The notes beneath the pieces are model-generated. The model did not search any database. It had not been told where the DNA came from and saw only the letters and a list, made by a program, of their open reading frames with translations. Positions 63,441 through 64,000 of a stretch of 64,000 bases of DNA are shown here, one piece after another. The position numbers and the translations under genes are program-made. The DNA lies in the sequence record MK962758; one strand, given 5' to 3'. The stretch's first letter is position 1, and the number at the start of each line of letters is the position of its first letter. This DNA is from Shigella phage JK55.

Positions 63441-63462
63441 GGCTCCTACGGGAGCCTTTTTA
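63441..63462 (+). terminator. intrinsic terminator
   Basis: ggctcc-tacg-ggagcc followed by ttttt. Confidence 0.6.
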
Positions 63463-63478
63463 ATTTCTGGAGAAGATT

Positions 63479-63814
63479 ATGAAAATCAAAGAAATGAACA
63501 TTAACGTTGTCCTAGAAGAACGTTGGGAGAACATTAAGAAACCTGAAGATGGTAAAAAGTTCCTTAACAAAATTTTAGTAGCAGCTAAAGAAGAACTGAC
63601 TGGCAAGATTGCAGCAGCAATCACAATAAAAATCTGTGTAAAAGGTCTTCCACAACATCACCAATTTGCACTTGACGAGTTTAAAGAAAGCTTCTACAAT
63701 CCAAACAAACAGATGTTTGAAAGTAACTTTGCAGTGTCTACAAGTATCGTCCATGACAGAAGCTTTATCCTTTACAAGAATATGAGAGGTGAGTCATGCA
63801 AGCATATTGGATAG
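63479..63814 (+). CDS. hypothetical protein
   Basis: 111-aa ORF. Confidence 0.4.
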   Translation: MKIKEMNINVVLEERWENIKKPEDGKKFLNKILVAAKEELTGKIAAAITIKICVKGLPQHHQFALDEFKESFYNPNKQMFESNFAVSTSIVHDRSFILYKNMRGESCKHIG

Positions 63815-63972
63815 AAATTTTACTGTCACTTGGTAGTGTAGCAGTATTTGTTTACCTTCTTTGCAAGTACTATGCAGAGCACAAGAAGTGTGATTACTGC
63901 AACGGGGAAGGGTACACAAGAGCAGGTTGTTGCCCTATTTGTGGTGGTTCTGGTAAAATGTTTAATAAGTAA
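63796..63972 (+). CDS. small membrane-anchored zinc-ribbon protein
   Basis: 58 aa; hydrophobic N-terminus then CDYC...CPIC; below ORF-track cut-off. Confidence 0.35.
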   Translation: MQAYWIEILLSLGSVAVFVYLLCKYYAEHKKCDYCNGEGYTRAGCCPICGGSGKMFNK

Positions 63973-64000
63973 TTTAACAGTAAACTAAGAGGAAAGTATT

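Overview
The window reads as a contiguous segment of a tailed dsDNA phage genome with no integrase or host flank. From 5' to 3': two leftward genes; a small early operon ending in a 471-aa vWA-domain protein (1690-3105); a dense array of about 26 phage-encoded tRNAs (3271-8101) interleaved with conserved structured non-tRNA elements and two embedded protein genes; a rightward structural operon (large terminase, portal, S49 protease/scaffold, capsid, sheath/tube-like tail genes, tape measure, baseplate, two His-rich tail fibres; 8327-32040); a leftward block (thymidylate synthase, DHFR, HTH regulator, secreted protein and lipoprotein, ATP-dependent DNA ligase, HNH-AP2 endonuclease, family A DNA polymerase; 32079-41911) containing a 720-bp repeat-rich non-coding region; and a rightward replication/nucleotide-metabolism block (primase-helicase, SSB, flap endonuclease, aerobic and anaerobic ribonucleotide reductases, glutaredoxin) ending in a Prs-like plus NAMPT-like gene pair (60717-63425). 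The best candidates for a novel or recently recognised system are (i) the Prs-like/NAMPT-like cassette as an NAD+ reconstitution counter-defence module, and (ii) the vWA protein next to a family of tRNA-like/Y-RNA-like structured elements inside the tRNA array. All calls rest on motifs read directly from the sequence and translations; no database search or RNA-folding software was run, tRNA coordinates are hand-derived (about +/-2 nt), and several ORF-track starts were moved to the nearest ATG with a Shine-Dalgarno sequence.
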